A stretch of DNA of 63,993 nt, the filler included, from a bacterium (GTDB lineage Bacteria; JBBIVP01): assembly GCA_037439705.1 (NCBI GenBank). It is 5 parts of 5 records of this genome, joined end to end, with 100 filler letters (N's around TTAATTAATTAA, not from the genome) between each part and the next. Parts side by side here need not be neighbours in the genome. Positions count along the whole stretch, not along the records: positions 15,499 to 30,797 come from JBBIVP010000029.1; 4 more parts are not named here. One strand, given 5' to 3'. The notes below the pieces were generated by a model. It was given only the letters and a program-made list of their open reading frames with translations, was not told the origin of the DNA and did not search any database. Of the stretch, positions 20,038 to 30,897 are shown one piece after another. The first letter of the stretch is position 1, and every line of letters begins with the position of its first letter. The position numbers were made by a program, and so were the translations under genes.

Positions 20038-21013
20038 AAAAACCCTTAAGGAGATAGCAGAACTCTTTAAGGGAAGGGTTGAAGGCGATGGTGAGAAAAT
20101 CATAAAAGGGGTGAATTCCCTTGACGAAGCGGGAGAAGAGGATATTTCTTTTCTCTCAAATCCTAAGTATATTGAGAAGGCAAGGAATTCAAAGGCCGGA
20201 GCCATCCTCGTTCGTGAGACCGAAGGGCTTGAAGGAAAAAATCTGGTGATAGTGGATGACCCATATTTAGCGGTTTCCATTCTCCTTGATGAATTTTATC
20301 CTTCAAAGAAGGAGTTTGAGGGGATAAGTTCACTTGCTTTCATCCATCCATCAGCCTCCATCGGTAAGGGCGTGTCGGTTCTTCCATTTTCTTACATAGG
20401 TAAAAACACAAAAATAGGTGAAAATTCTTTCATAACTTCACATGTATATATCGGAGACGAGGTGGAAATTGGAAGGGAGTGCATTATATATCCGATGGTT
20501 TCTATCTATTCTTTCTCTTCAATTGGTGAGAGGTGCATCATTCACTCAGGTGCTGTGATAGGCTCGGATGGATTTGGATATGCCTGGGATAAAGACCATT
20601 ACAGAAAGATCAATCATATTGGAATGGTTGTGATAGAGGATGAGGTGGAGATAGGTTCAAACACAACAATTGACAGAGGAACATTCGGTGAAACAAGGAT
20701 TGGAAGGGGAACAAAAATTGACAATCTCGTTCAGATAGGGCACAATGTAAAAATTGGGAAAAACTGTATAATAGTAGCACAGGTGGGAATTTCTGGAAGC
20801 ACAGAAATAGGTGATAATGTCATGATAGGAGGACAGGTAGGAGTCGTCGGGCATATAAAGATAGAGGACGATGCGAAGATAGGAGCAAAATCAGGGGTTC
20901 ACAGGGATTTGAAAAAGGGCGAGATTGTGAGCGGAATTCCTATTCTTCCTCATAAAGAATGGCTGAAACTCAACCTTATATTTCAGAGGCTTCTTAAGAA
21001 ACAAGAATGGTAA
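20012..21013 (+). CDS. lpxD: UDP-3-O-acylglucosamine N-acyltransferase
   Basis: Hexapeptide repeats, IGSDGFGY, TIDRG, KIDNLVQIGHN. Confidence 0.96.
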   Translation: MTKPIQQNEKTLKEIAELFKGRVEGDGEKIIKGVNSLDEAGEEDISFLSNPKYIEKARNSKAGAILVRETEGLEGKNLVIVDDPYLAVSILLDEFYPSKKEFEGISSLAFIHPSASIGKGVSVLPFSYIGKNTKIGENSFITSHVYIGDEVEIGRECIIYPMVSIYSFSSIGERCIIHSGAVIGSDGFGYAWDKDHYRKINHIGMVVIEDEVEIGSNTTIDRGTFGETRIGRGTKIDNLVQIGHNVKIGKNCIIVAQVGISGSTEIGDNVMIGGQVGVVGHIKIEDDAKIGAKSGVHRDLKKGEIVSGIPILPHKEWLKLNLIFQRLLKKQEW

Positions 21014-21786
21014 AAATTGACCCAAGGGCAATCGTTTCTCCTGAAGCGGATATAGGTGATGGCTCTCAGATAGGACCCTTTGCAATCGTGGAAAAAGGAG
21101 CAGTTATTGGAAGAAATTGTTCCATAGGTGCTTATGCCTGTATCTACGGAAGGGTGATTATGGGGAACGACAATGTAGTTTATCCCCATGCATCAATTGG
21201 TGCTGAACATCAGTTTTTGAGGTTTAAGGAGCATCAAGGAGAGGTTATAATTGGACACAGAAATGTATTCAGAGAATTCGTAACAGTTCATCCGGGAACA
21301 CCAGAGGGAGATAATAAAACGATAATCGGAGATGACAACTACTTTATGATAGGAGTTCACATTGCACACGATTGCAGGATAGGGAACAGAAACATTTTTG
21401 CTAACCTTACTTCATTAGCGGGATTTATTGATGTCCAGAACGATGTCAATTTTGGAGGTATGTGCGGAATCCATCAGTGGACGAGAATAGGTTCATACGC
21501 CATGATTGGAGGGGGGACGATGGTTACGATGGATATACCTCCATTCTGTCTGGCTGCTGGCAACAGGGCAGAACTTCATGGCATCAATGAAATTGGACTG
21601 AAAAGGAGAGGATTTGAAGCGGAAAGAATTTCAAAACTCAAGAAAGCTTACAAAATTCTATTTTTAAGCGGTTTTTCTCTTGAGGAAGGGCTAAAAAGGG
21701 TTGAGGAACTTGGAGGAGAGGATGTGAGTTTATTAGTCCAGTTCATAAAAAATACAAAAAGGGGAATCCTCCCTGCGGCAAGGTAA
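21007..21786 (+). CDS. lpxA: Acyl-ACP--UDP-N-acetylglucosamine O-acyltransferase
   Basis: Hexapeptide repeats, REFVTVH.GT, HIAHDC, GIN.IGLKRRGF. Confidence 0.93.
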   Translation: MVKIDPRAIVSPEADIGDGSQIGPFAIVEKGAVIGRNCSIGAYACIYGRVIMGNDNVVYPHASIGAEHQFLRFKEHQGEVIIGHRNVFREFVTVHPGTPEGDNKTIIGDDNYFMIGVHIAHDCRIGNRNIFANLTSLAGFIDVQNDVNFGGMCGIHQWTRIGSYAMIGGGTMVTMDIPPFCLAAGNRAELHGINEIGLKRRGFEAERISKLKKAYKILFLSGFSLEEGLKRVEELGGEDVSLLVQFIKNTKRGILPAAR

Positions 21787-21787
21787 A

Positions 21788-22567
21788 ATGGAGAAGGTGA
21801 TTTTTGAAAAAAGGGATGGAATTGGATGGTTGTGGATTAATCGTCCAGATGTCAGAAATGCCATTGATAAAGAAACTGCAATAAGGATGAGGGAAATAAT
21901 ACTCTCTTTCCATAAAGATAGAGATGTTCGCCTCCTTGCCATATCTGGAAAGGGAGATAATTTTTCATCCGGGGCAGAGCTCAAAAAGGAAGATGGTGTT
22001 GATGGAGTATCAGGTTCCCATGAGGTTAGAATAAGGAGCATTTACCAGGGAATAATTCTTGCAATAAGGGACTGTCCGAAACCGGTAGTGGCACTCGTTA
22101 AGGGATATGCTGTTGGTTTTGGATGCGATATCGCTCTTACCTGCGATTTGAGGCTTGCATCAAGAGATGCAAAATTTTCGGAAATTTTTGTTTCCCTTTC
22201 CCTTGTTCCGGATGGAGGAGGCTCTTATAACCTTCCAAAAATTGTAGGTCTGGGAAGGGCACTTGAACTTATGTTTACCGGAAGGTTTGTTTCTGCTGAT
22301 GAAGCCCTTTCAATGGGACTTGTGAATGCAGTATACGACGATGAGGCTTTTTATTCCTCCACAGAAAAATTTCTTAAAGAGATAGCGGAAAAATCTCTTT
22401 TTGCCCTTGAAAGAATAAAAAGGGCTGTTTATTCATCCATTCATGAGAATTTTATTGAATCCCTTGTTAGGGAAGCAAAATTTCAGGAAGAATGCATTCT
22501 TAACGAAGATTTCAAAATCAAGTTAAGGGAATTTTTTGAAAAAAAGAAAGGAGGAAAAGGTGCTTAA
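21788..22567 (+). CDS. Enoyl-CoA hydratase/isomerase family protein (PaaG-like)
   Basis: NRPDVRNA, FSSGAEL, PKPVVA.VKGYAVG, PDGGG. Confidence 0.9.
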   Translation: MEKVIFEKRDGIGWLWINRPDVRNAIDKETAIRMREIILSFHKDRDVRLLAISGKGDNFSSGAELKKEDGVDGVSGSHEVRIRSIYQGIILAIRDCPKPVVALVKGYAVGFGCDIALTCDLRLASRDAKFSEIFVSLSLVPDGGGSYNLPKIVGLGRALELMFTGRFVSADEALSMGLVNAVYDDEAFYSSTEKFLKEIAEKSLFALERIKRAVYSSIHENFIESLVREAKFQEECILNEDFKIKLREFFEKKKGGKGA

Positions 22568-23633
22568 GGGGCTTATACTTTCAGGAGGAAAGGGGACGAG
22601 GTTGAGACCTATAACCTATACATCGGCGAAGCAGTTGATTCCAATTGCAAACAAGCCTGTTCTCTTTTATGGAATTGAAGCACTTGTTGAAAGCGGAATT
22701 ACGGATATTGGAATTGTGGTCGGGCATACAAAGGATGAAATAATGGAATGTGCGGGTGATGGTTCAAACTGGGGTGCCCATTTTACCTACATATATCAGC
22801 CAGAACCACTCGGACTTGCCCATGCGGTTATGATATCAGAGGATTTTATAAAGGATTCTCCTTTTGTTATGTATCTTGGAGATAACCTTATTCTGGGAGG
22901 AAAAAAATCCCTTGTGGAGGATTTCAAAAAAAGCAATGCCAATTCGTTCATCCTCCTTGCAAGGGTAAAGGACCCGAGGCAATTTGGAGTGGCTGAATTA
23001 AAGGATGGAAGGGTGGTAAGGCTTGAGGAGAAACCGAAGGAGCCAAAAAGCGACCTCGCTCTTGTTGGCGTTTACATATTTGATAAAAACATCTTCAAGG
23101 CTGTAGAAGAGATAAAGCCTTCATGGAGGAATGAACTGGAGATAACAGATGCAATTCAATGGCTCGTTTCAAACGGTTATGATGTCCGTCCTCACATAGT
23201 TAAAGGGTGGTGGAAGGATACAGGCAAACTTGAGGATTTGCTGGAGGCGAACAGAATGGTTCTTGATTCCTTTGATGTGGAGGTGGTAAACAGGGGGAAA
23301 ATAGATTCTTCATCAGATGTTCAGTTCAAGGTTGTAATTGAAGAAGATGCGGAAGTGAAGAACAGCACAATTCGTGGTCCTGCAATTATTGGAAAAAGGA
23401 CAAAGGTAATAAATTCATATATAGGTCCATTCACATCTATTCATGACGATGTCTGGATTGAGAACTGCGAGATAGAACATTCAATTGTTCTTTCAGGTTC
23501 AAGGATTGTGAATATACCGGGCAGAATTATTGACAGCCTCGTGGGAAAGAATGTTTCCATTTCGACCGAAGAGAAATCTCCAAAGGCTCACAGGTTTCTT
23601 CTTGGAGATCACAGCAAGGTTGTGATAAAGTAA
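22560..23633 (+). CDS. rfbA: Glucose-1-phosphate thymidylyltransferase (long form)
   Basis: LSGGKGTRLRP.T...KQL, RNELEITD, WKDTG; GTG start 22560. Confidence 0.95.
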   Translation: MLKGLILSGGKGTRLRPITYTSAKQLIPIANKPVLFYGIEALVESGITDIGIVVGHTKDEIMECAGDGSNWGAHFTYIYQPEPLGLAHAVMISEDFIKDSPFVMYLGDNLILGGKKSLVEDFKKSNANSFILLARVKDPRQFGVAELKDGRVVRLEEKPKEPKSDLALVGVYIFDKNIFKAVEEIKPSWRNELEITDAIQWLVSNGYDVRPHIVKGWWKDTGKLEDLLEANRMVLDSFDVEVVNRGKIDSSSDVQFKVVIEEDAEVKNSTIRGPAIIGKRTKVINSYIGPFTSIHDDVWIENCEIEHSIVLSGSRIVNIPGRIIDSLVGKNVSISTEEKSPKAHRFLLGDHSKVVIK

Positions 23634-23653
23634 AAAAATAAAAGGAGTGAAAA

Positions 23654-24109
23654 ATGATAGACGGAGTAAAAACAAAAAAGCTTAGGGTGATTCCCGACGA
23701 AAGGGGAAGGCTTATGGAGATTTTGAGGTCGGACGATGAGTTTTTTATAAAGTTCGGTCAGGTTTATGTAACCACTGCATATCCCGGGGTTGTGAAGGCG
23801 TGGCATTACCACAAAAAACAGTATGATAACATAACATGCATCCATGGAATGGTTAAACTCGTTCTATACGACCCGAGAGATGGTTCACCTACAAAGGGTG
23901 AGGTGAATGAGTTTTTCATAGGGATTCACAATCCCCTTCTCGTTCACATTCCTCCATTTGTTTATCACGGATTTAAGTGCATCTCAGAAAGTGAAGCAAT
24001 AGTTATGAACTGCCCCACAGAGCTCTACAATTACAATGAGCCAGATGAGTTCAGGGTGGATCCAAAAAGCAAAGAAGTTCCATACAACTGGGAGAGGATT
24101 GAGAGGTGA
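23654..24109 (+). CDS. rfbC: dTDP-4-dehydrorhamnose 3,5-epimerase
   Basis: DERG, KAWHYH, HGF cupin motifs; operon context. Confidence 0.9.
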   Translation: MIDGVKTKKLRVIPDERGRLMEILRSDDEFFIKFGQVYVTTAYPGVVKAWHYHKKQYDNITCIHGMVKLVLYDPRDGSPTKGEVNEFFIGIHNPLLVHIPPFVYHGFKCISESEAIVMNCPTELYNYNEPDEFRVDPKSKEVPYNWERIER

Positions 24110-25107
24110 AGGTTCTTGTTACAGGAGGAGCAGGATTCATAGGCTCAAATCTCGTTCGCTTTCTCATTGAAAATACAGACTGGGGAGTGATTGTTCTTGA
24201 TAAACTCACATACGCAGGAAACCTTGAAAATCTGAAGGGGCTTGATTCAAATCCCAGGTTTAAGTTTGTAAGGGGAGATATAGTGGACAGAAAAACGGTT
24301 GACAGCTGTATGAAAGGAGTGAGAATAGTATTTCATCTGGCCGCGGAGAGTCATGTTGACAGAAGCATATTAAGGCCACAGGATTTCGTTATCACAAATG
24401 TTTTAGGAACCCATATCCTTCTTGAATCTGCCCTATTTTTTAAGCCCCACCTATTCATAAATGTTTCAACCGATGAGGTTTACGGCTCTATAAAAGAGGG
24501 AAGTTTTAAAGAGGATTCTCCACTTTCTCCCTCTTCTCCCTATTCAGCCTCCAAGGCTTCCCAGGACCTTCTGGGTCAGGCGTATTTCAAAACCTTTTCC
24601 CTTCCGGTTATTACAACGAGATGCTCAAACAACTATGGTGAATATCAGTTTCCTGAAAAACTGATTCCCCTGACAATAACTAATGCGCTTGAGGGAAAGC
24701 GGATTCCGGTTTATGGAAATGGAGAGAACATAAGGGACTGGATACATGTTAAAGACCATGTGAAAGCCATTTACCTTATTTCTCAGAAAGGAAAACCGGG
24801 AGAGATCTACAATATAGCAGGAAAATGTGAGAAAAAAAATATAGATGTGGTGAAAAAAATTCTAAAAATACTCGGTAAGGATGAAAGTTTAATAAAATTT
24901 GTGAAGGACAGACCCGGACACGATTTCAGATATTCAATGGATACAAGCAAAATAGAGAGGGAAATAGGATGGAAGCCGGAGATAGAATTTGAGGATGGTC
25001 TTCAAATGACCATTAAATGGTTCATTGAAAACAGAGGATGGTGGGAGAGAATAAAGAGCGGAGAGTATATGAAATTTTATGAGGAGTGGTATGGCTCAAG
25101 GCTTTAA
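24106..25107 (+). CDS. rfbB: dTDP-glucose 4,6-dehydratase
   Basis: TGGAGFIGSN, AAESHVDRSI, STDEVYG, YSASK, DRPGHD.RY. Confidence 0.97.
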   Translation: MKVLVTGGAGFIGSNLVRFLIENTDWGVIVLDKLTYAGNLENLKGLDSNPRFKFVRGDIVDRKTVDSCMKGVRIVFHLAAESHVDRSILRPQDFVITNVLGTHILLESALFFKPHLFINVSTDEVYGSIKEGSFKEDSPLSPSSPYSASKASQDLLGQAYFKTFSLPVITTRCSNNYGEYQFPEKLIPLTITNALEGKRIPVYGNGENIRDWIHVKDHVKAIYLISQKGKPGEIYNIAGKCEKKNIDVVKKILKILGKDESLIKFVKDRPGHDFRYSMDTSKIEREIGWKPEIEFEDGLQMTIKWFIENRGWWERIKSGEYMKFYEEWYGSRL

Positions 25108-25957
25108 AAGGCTCGTCATAACGGGCGCAAAAGGAATGCTCGCTTCCTACCTCGTTGATAAATTGAGGAGAGAGGGGTTTGGAGATTCAATTTTTCCATT
25201 TTCAAAAGAAGAACTTGATATCACAGATGGAGATTCGCTGAAAAAAATTCTTTATGAGATAAAGCCTGATGTTCTCGTAAACTGTGCTGCCCTCACGGAT
25301 GTGGATGCCTGTGAGGAGGAGTATAAAAGGGCGTTTAAGGTAAATGCCCTTGGACCAAGGCTTCTTGCAAGGTTTTCAAACGAACTCAACTTCAAACTTA
25401 TTCACATATCCACTGATTACATATTTGATGGAAAAAAGAAAGAGTTATACACCGAGGAGGATTCTCCCAATCCAGTGAACCTTTACGGAAGGTCAAAGCT
25501 TGAGGGAGAAAGGTGGGTTCAGAATTCAAAGAATTTTTTGATAATAAGGACATCTTGGCTTTTCGGAAAGGGAAAAATGAACTTTGTAGGCTTTCTTTTT
25601 GAAAAACTCAGAAGTTCAGGAGAGGTTCGGGTGATAAAAGACCAGATAGGTTCACCAACCTATGCAGATGACCTCGCAAAAGTTATAATTGAACTCATAA
25701 GAAAGGGGGTCAATGGGATAATAAATGTTGCCAACGAAGGATTCTGTTCAAGGTATGAAATTGCAAGAAAGGTTATGGGATTGATGAAGACAGATGCAGT
25801 TATTTATGAGCTTCCCCAGGAGGAAATGAAGAGACCCGCAAGAAGACCCCTTTTCACTCCATTAAGTCTTGAAAAATTAAAATCCCTTGGAATTTTTATG
25901 AGAAGGTGGGAGGATGCTGTTGAGGCCTATATTGAGGAATTAAAAAGGGAGGAATAA
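25091..25957 (+). CDS. rfbD: dTDP-4-dehydrorhamnose reductase
   Basis: TGAKGML, NCAALTDVD, STDYIFDG, YGRSK, DQIGSPT. Confidence 0.95.
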   Translation: MAQGFKRLVITGAKGMLASYLVDKLRREGFGDSIFPFSKEELDITDGDSLKKILYEIKPDVLVNCAALTDVDACEEEYKRAFKVNALGPRLLARFSNELNFKLIHISTDYIFDGKKKELYTEEDSPNPVNLYGRSKLEGERWVQNSKNFLIIRTSWLFGKGKMNFVGFLFEKLRSSGEVRVIKDQIGSPTYADDLAKVIIELIRKGVNGIINVANEGFCSRYEIARKVMGLMKTDAVIYELPQEEMKRPARRPLFTPLSLEKLKSLGIFMRRWEDAVEAYIEELKREE

Positions 25958-27247
25958 ATGAAGATATGCGTTATTGGAACGGGTTATGTAGGGCTTGTGA
26001 CAGGTGTATGCCTTTCAGATAGCGGAAATGAGGTTGTAGGATATGATATTGATGAGAAAAAGATAGAGATGCTCAAAAGTGGTGAAACTCCAATCTATGA
26101 GCCATTCCTTAAGGAAATGCTAATAAGAAACATTCAGTTAAAAAGGCTCTCTTTTACCAATAACCCTGAAACTGCCTTGAGAGACAAAGAACTGGTATTC
26201 ATCGCAGTTGGAACCCCTTCAAAGAAGGATGGAAGCCCTGACCTAAAATTTTTCTGGTCAGCAGTAAAAACAATAAAAAATTTTTCAAAACCTGGAACGA
26301 TTGTTGTTGTAAAGAGCACTGTTCCAGTTGGAACATCTGACCTCGTTCAGAAAAAACTTGGAAAGAATTTTAAGGTTTTATCAAATCCAGAGTTTTTGAA
26401 GGAAGGAAGCGCTGTTGAGGATTTCTTAAGACCCGACAGGGTTATAATAGGTGGTGAAGATGAGAGGGCAATTGAGGTTTTAAAAACCTTACACCTTCCC
26501 TATGTTAGAACTGGAAATCCAATCCTCATTATGGAAAGGAGAAGCGCTGAGATGACAAAGTACGCATCAAATGCCATGCTTGCATTGAGGGTTTCTTTTA
26601 TGAATGAGATTGCAAATCTCTGCGAAAGACTTGGAGCGGATGTGGAATGCGTGAGGAAGGGTATAGGAACAGACAAAAGGATTGGCTCAAAGTATCTTTT
26701 TCCAGGAACTGGATATGGAGGAAGTTGTTTTCCAAAGGATGTTCAGGGATTAATATCAATGGCGAAATCCTCTGGATACAATCCATTTCTTATAAAGGCG
26801 ATTGAGGAGGTGAACAAGAAACAGAAGGAGATTCTTATAAAAAAGGCAGAGGAGCATTTTAAGATCCTCAAGGGAAAGAGGTTTTGCGTATGGGGGTTAT
26901 CCTTCAAACCAAATACAGACGATATGAGGGAGGCGCCATCCATAACTGTTATAAATGGATTGTTAAGGAGGGGAGCAATTGTTACTGCTTACGACCCTGT
27001 TGCAATGGAAAAAGCAAAGATGATATTTAAAAAGAAGATATGTTTTGGAACTGATATGTATTCTTCTGCTGAGGGAGCGGATGCAATTTTTCTCATAACA
27101 GAATGGCAGGAGTTCAGGCTTCCAGATTTCAAGAGATTGAAAAAGATAATGAAAACTCCCGTGATATTTGATGGAAGAAACATATACGAACCGAAGGAGT
27201 TAAAGAAAGAGGGCTTTATTTACTATGGAATTGGAAGATTGGCATGA
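25958..27247 (+). CDS. ugd: UDP-glucose 6-dehydrogenase
   Basis: GTGYVGL, KSTVPVGT, NPEFLKEG, GYGGSCFPKD, FKPNTDDMRE. Confidence 0.96.
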   Translation: MKICVIGTGYVGLVTGVCLSDSGNEVVGYDIDEKKIEMLKSGETPIYEPFLKEMLIRNIQLKRLSFTNNPETALRDKELVFIAVGTPSKKDGSPDLKFFWSAVKTIKNFSKPGTIVVVKSTVPVGTSDLVQKKLGKNFKVLSNPEFLKEGSAVEDFLRPDRVIIGGEDERAIEVLKTLHLPYVRTGNPILIMERRSAEMTKYASNAMLALRVSFMNEIANLCERLGADVECVRKGIGTDKRIGSKYLFPGTGYGGSCFPKDVQGLISMAKSSGYNPFLIKAIEEVNKKQKEILIKKAEEHFKILKGKRFCVWGLSFKPNTDDMREAPSITVINGLLRRGAIVTAYDPVAMEKAKMIFKKKICFGTDMYSSAEGADAIFLITEWQEFRLPDFKRLKKIMKTPVIFDGRNIYEPKELKKEGFIYYGIGRLA

Positions 27248-27255
27248 ATTTTGCA
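27239..27255 (+). promoter_or_regulatory. sigma54 (-24/-12) promoter motif
   Basis: TTGGCATGAATTTTGCA matches YTGGCAYGRNNNTTGCW; overlaps the ugd stop. Confidence 0.65.
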
Positions 27256-27281
27256 ACAAAAATAGAAATTTAAAATTTCGC

Positions 27282-27311
27282 TTGACAGATGTTTTCTTTT
27301 TTTGTTAAAAT
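27282..27311 (+). promoter_or_regulatory. sigma70 promoter with extended -10
   Basis: TTGACA-18nt(ending TGt)-TAAAAT. Confidence 0.65.
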
Positions 27312-27413
27312 TGACTTATAGGAATGTGGAAAATGGAGAATTTAAAGTTCCAACCCAACAATTGGTGGTTTACCACCTTAAACTATATAAAAAAACAAAA
27401 AGGAGGTGTCAAG

Positions 27414-30400
27414 ATGAAGCGATTGTGTGAAGTGCTTGTAGCGGTAGGAGTTGTTCTCCTCGCAGCAAATCTCTATGCGCATACCACAATCCAGAAGGGA
27501 CCTCAGCTGCCATCAGCAACAGGCAACCTTCAGTCAGACTACGGAAGATCCTATGTTGACCTTGAGCCAACCATAATGGGGGTGAGGCTCACAAATGCGG
27601 GTCTTGACTATCTGGAAAGGCTGATAAACGATGTGCTTCAAGACCCCAATCTCCTTGAATATGTGGATTGTATTGTCAAAGGGATGCTTGATGCAGACAC
27701 AGGAGATGGAACCGATGAGGTTGAGTGGAACCTCCAAACGGATTCCTGCGATGATACAGGAGGGCGGTATGACCCTGGAGCCGTTCTTGAGCCTACCTGT
27801 ATCTCTGTCCCGATTGTTGGAAGCTTCTGCCTTATGCTTCTGGTTATGGATGACCCACTTGATACAGGAGATAGAATATTGGAATGGCACATTAATACTA
27901 CAACTAACATAGGGGATGATTTTCCAAGGCTTGATTTTGTTCCTGATACGAGGACGAACAAGATTCTTCGTTATGCTGGTGAATCAGATGCAGCACACGA
28001 TTACGATGACTCCCTTGATTTGAGGATTTACATAGCAGATATAATCCTTGATACAGTTTTTACAAATCCAACCCCAATCACAACCCCCCAGTATCCATCA
28101 GCAACATCAGATACCTGCTCATCAACCCTTCAGGATGGCCCAGCATGCCTTGGAGATGCAACCTGCGGGGAGCAGGATGTCCAGGATTACTACGACCCAG
28201 CAACAGACATATCAAACTATGTAAATGCATGGGCAAGGCTTGTTATTGGTTGCTATGACGGACCAACAGCTGGACTTGACCCTGCTGAACAGATTGCAGA
28301 AGACCTCTGTTCAGGCACACAGGCACCACTCATTCTATCAACATCAATAAGGGCTGGTCTTTCCTATGATGATAGAACACACATAAATTATTCTGCAGAT
28401 GATGGCTCTCCTGATTCGGGCGCATGGTGCGACCCTGATAGGGACGCAGATAACGATTTTGGCTTAAACGGATGCCATTTAAAGGCACTTGATGTGAACA
28501 TTGCTGGTTTAGACCTCTATGCAAATGTTTATTTTCAATTTGACAGGAACGCTAACAGGGTATGCGCAACCTGTCCTGATGTATTTGGTGATAGGGTGGG
28601 TGATGGATTGACTGAATTTACAGGTAATCCAGGCCCTTCAAGCTGTTGTGGTGCAGCTAACAATGACTGCTCTACATTTTCTACGGAGGTGAAGGCTTTC
28701 TGTGACAGGAATGGAAACGACCTCTGTAATGATCCTTACGATGACCCGAATTACAATCCTACACAGCAGGTAGCAGGACTACTTCCATTCCTTGAGGCAC
28801 AGGTAATGGCAAGGCTTCAGGATGTATTCACATGCGATTGTTTATATGGAACATTCCCTGGTGGAAACGATGGAGATATATGCACACCAGATACAAATGA
28901 GTGCGTAAATCCACAGACAGGACAATCAAGGGCAGGAACAAATGCCACCTGCGGTGATGAGGATTATCCTGCAAATGACCCTGGTTGCGTTGGTTATTAC
29001 CTCGCATCAACATTGAGAATGAACCTATCACCAACCCTTGACACAATATCCTTTGATCACCCACTAACCTCTGCAACAGACCCGATATACATAGATGCTG
29101 GAATAAGAACAGATATGTGGGCAGATTCGGTTGGCGTTCTTCTTCCAGGAGACCTCGGTCTTGACCTTTATTATACCTGGAATGGAGGAACAGAAACCGC
29201 ACCAAACCTTGAGCCAATGACATCTTGCGTTACCCTTCAAACATTTGCTTCACCACAGTACACTGGACCAATCACACCCGTTGTATCTGAGCTCTGCTAT
29301 GATCAGAGGTACTTCAACCTTCCTGGATATTCCTGTACAGTAACAGAGATGACAACAGGTGTTGAAGGTTCTGATGAAGTATTTAATTCAGACCAGGCAA
29401 CTGCTGAGTTCAAGCCATATAAGGTCAATCCTCAGCCCGCAACAACAAACGCATATACATATCACCTCGGTCTCGGAATCCATCACAACTTCTTCTCAAG
29501 GGCTATAACATCTATTATAAAATCAGGTGCTCTTTGCCTCACAATAAACGGAAATACTCCAACTATTGGGGAATTTATAACAGGTATACTCAATACAGGA
29601 ACATTCGGTCTTCTTATGCCAAAACTTTCAGAGATATACGGTGATGATAATTATATGGAAATAAGGCTCGTTCCATCCTTCAAGAGACCAGAGCCCGCAG
29701 ATTATGGTCCTGACTTTGAAACAGCATTCCCACCACAAACAACTGGTCCTCTTACACCCTTCTCCGATAAAATTGGGGATGTTCCATTCATACTTACTGG
29801 TGGATATTCAATAGCAGTCTTGAACCCAAACTATCCTCAATTCCCAACAGCTGTAACAACAGATACAGCGGACCTGACAGTTGGAATTCCTCACTTAAGA
29901 CTCGACTTCCATGTGGTTGATGATGTAGGAGATGCAAATAGGGCATTCGGTCTTGACTTCGGAATGCTACTCGGCGTTGACCTTGAACTATTAAGGGATG
30001 ATTCAGCATTTGATCAGAGAACATTCCCGGGCGGTATAACAATGGTAACCGGTAGAATTATACATGCTGGTGTGAGCCTCTCATCAGCAGTTAACTACTA
30101 CCTTGAATACTATGAGGCACTTTCAGGACTTGGAAGACAGGATCTCAATTCAATCCTTTCAAACCTCATCCCAACAATACTTTCAATGGCAATAGGCTTA
30201 ACAGCGGACATCGGACTTGACCTCGGAGCAGTCCTTCCTGTTCCACTGACAATAAGGACGGTTGATGATGGCGTATGCACAGGTCCAAACCAGGCTGCTA
30301 ACCCTGGACAGACCTGTCCAGCTGCATCAATCCTTCCATACGGACCTGCGAGACCATTGATGCCTGGCAGCGCAATCACATGGAATGCACCCCTTTACAT

Positions 30401-30797
30401 GCTATCAGGAACAAATGGTGGGCTCGTTGAAATAAAGGCAACAGACTTCAACCTCATCAATCCCTCTGACTGGCTTGGAATCTTCTTAAGGCTTGAAGGA
30501 AGACTGAATGCTCTTGCACTTATTGAGATGCTTGAGGGAGGTATACTTGATAGTCTCCTTGGAGGTCTTGGTTTGAGCCCGTCTGCTGGATTCGATGGCT
30601 TCAATCCACCAGAAACAAGGATAATCCCTGCTGAAAAACTATCCGCAATGGATGCGGGATTTGTCTTTGATGCATATGATGATTATGATACAGGCGATAC
30701 AGTGAGATATGCATGGAGGCTTGATAAAGGCTTCTGGACACCATTCACAAACATAAGGAATGTTTCTTTCAGCCACCTCTATGAAGGAAATCACATC
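27414..30797 (+). CDS. Large secreted acidic Cys-rich surface protein, 3' truncated by contig end
   Basis: AGGAGGT SD, Sec signal peptide ending ANLYA, at least 1128 aa, about 30 Cys, Asp/Thr/Gly-rich, C-terminal Ig-like segment (PPETRI...YAWRLD..FWTPF...EGNH). Confidence 0.9.
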
Positions 30798-30897
30798 NNN
30801 NNNNNNNNNNNNNNNNNNNNNNNNNNNNNNNNNNNNNNNNNTTAATTAATTAANNNNNNNNNNNNNNNNNNNNNNNNNNNNNNNNNNNNNNNNNNNN
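30798..30897. other. Artificial contig linker
   Basis: N-run, TTAATTAATTAA, N-run. Confidence 0.97.
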
